A stretch of DNA of 64,000 nucleotides from assembly GCF_009914755.1 (NCBI RefSeq), contig NC_060931.1. One strand, given 5' to 3'. This DNA comes from the human T2T-CHM13v2.0 reference genome, Homo sapiens. Below are positions 63,201 to 64,000 of this stretch, in pieces. Below the pieces are notes generated by a model that was given only the letters and a program-made list of their open reading frames with translations, had not been told where the DNA came from and did not search any database. How positions within the stretch are numbered: position 1 is the stretch's first letter; each line of letters opens with the position of its first letter. Both the position numbers and the translations under genes were made by a program.

Positions 63201-64000
63201 ATGAGAATGGGAAGAATTAAGCCCAAGCCACAATTCACAGGATTTATTTGATACAGAATTTACAGTTTTCTCATTATCAGAGGAGGAAAGTATGTGTGTA
63301 GAATGCATAGAAGATTGTGAGTATGGTACAAGAAGTAGAGAAAATCCACTTGCTTTGGTGTTCTCTGTGAAGCAAGAACTTGAATGATGCAAGGGATGTT
63401 ACAAGTCAGTTTGTAACTGCTGTCAAAGGTTCAGAAAGAAGAGCTAGATATTAAGGAAAGCCCGGTGGTCTAAGTAACTGTAGCCAACTTCCCAAGGATT
63501 GGGAATTGCTACTTATTAACAGTATTTTTTCCTTCCTTATTAGGTTTTATCACATATAAATCCAGCAGGTGGCACTAGATAGTCTTGGAAGAGTGTAAAT
63601 TTCTGACTTGAAGGCAGTATTTGCCTAATGACCTTTTCTTTTCATGTAAACATTTTTATATTTTATTGTTGATGCCTTTAGCAATGGATAGGCTCTGTTA
63701 AGATAGCTGGTCCATTTGCATATAACGTCTCACCTAATTAGTTTTTTAGATGGGCTCTTAACGAGCTTGTTAGATCTCTTCAAGTTTACTCTGTCTTGAA
63801 TCCTGTAGCCCATTCTTCTCACATTCACACTTACAAAAATGTAGTAAGAAAGAGCTCTGGATTCCCCGACATAACTTCTGTCCTCTGCCTAAACATTGCA
63901 TTTTAATTGCCTCTACCCCCTATAAAAAATTAGAGGTAGTAATGGAAATGTAAGCTCCTCAGCTCAGCTTCCTTTCCTGATGTGCCAGGGCTGCCCTGGA

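Overview
Human (primate) genomic DNA, recognised as the head-to-head ANLN / KIAA0895 (MATCAP2) locus. On the + strand, anillin coding exons 1-21 (codons 1-990; the gene continues past the window end) can be traced from ATG 13295 to 61785. All introns are GT-AG and the phases join into one reading frame. On the - strand, the first two coding exons of the long KIAA0895/MATCAP2 isoform (13342-13235 and 7188-7119) start inside ANLN intron 1 and overlap ANLN exon 1 codon-for-codon in antisense. A shared CpG-island promoter carries a palindromic double CHR element. The rest is repeat-rich intron: the 5' half of an L1PA, about 30 Alus, LTRs, Tigger and hAT MITEs and a piggyBac MER85. Main leads: an in-frame 54-nt cassette exon in ANLN intron 20 with RBFOX/QKI motifs; the dual-strand coding overlap with a possibly de novo basic N-terminus; MER85 next to skippable exon 9; tailless 5S rRNA and U2 retrocopies; a very young AluY; and a templated fold-back insertion inside an Alu. 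Repeat family names come from recalled consensus sequences, and repeat boundaries are approximate.
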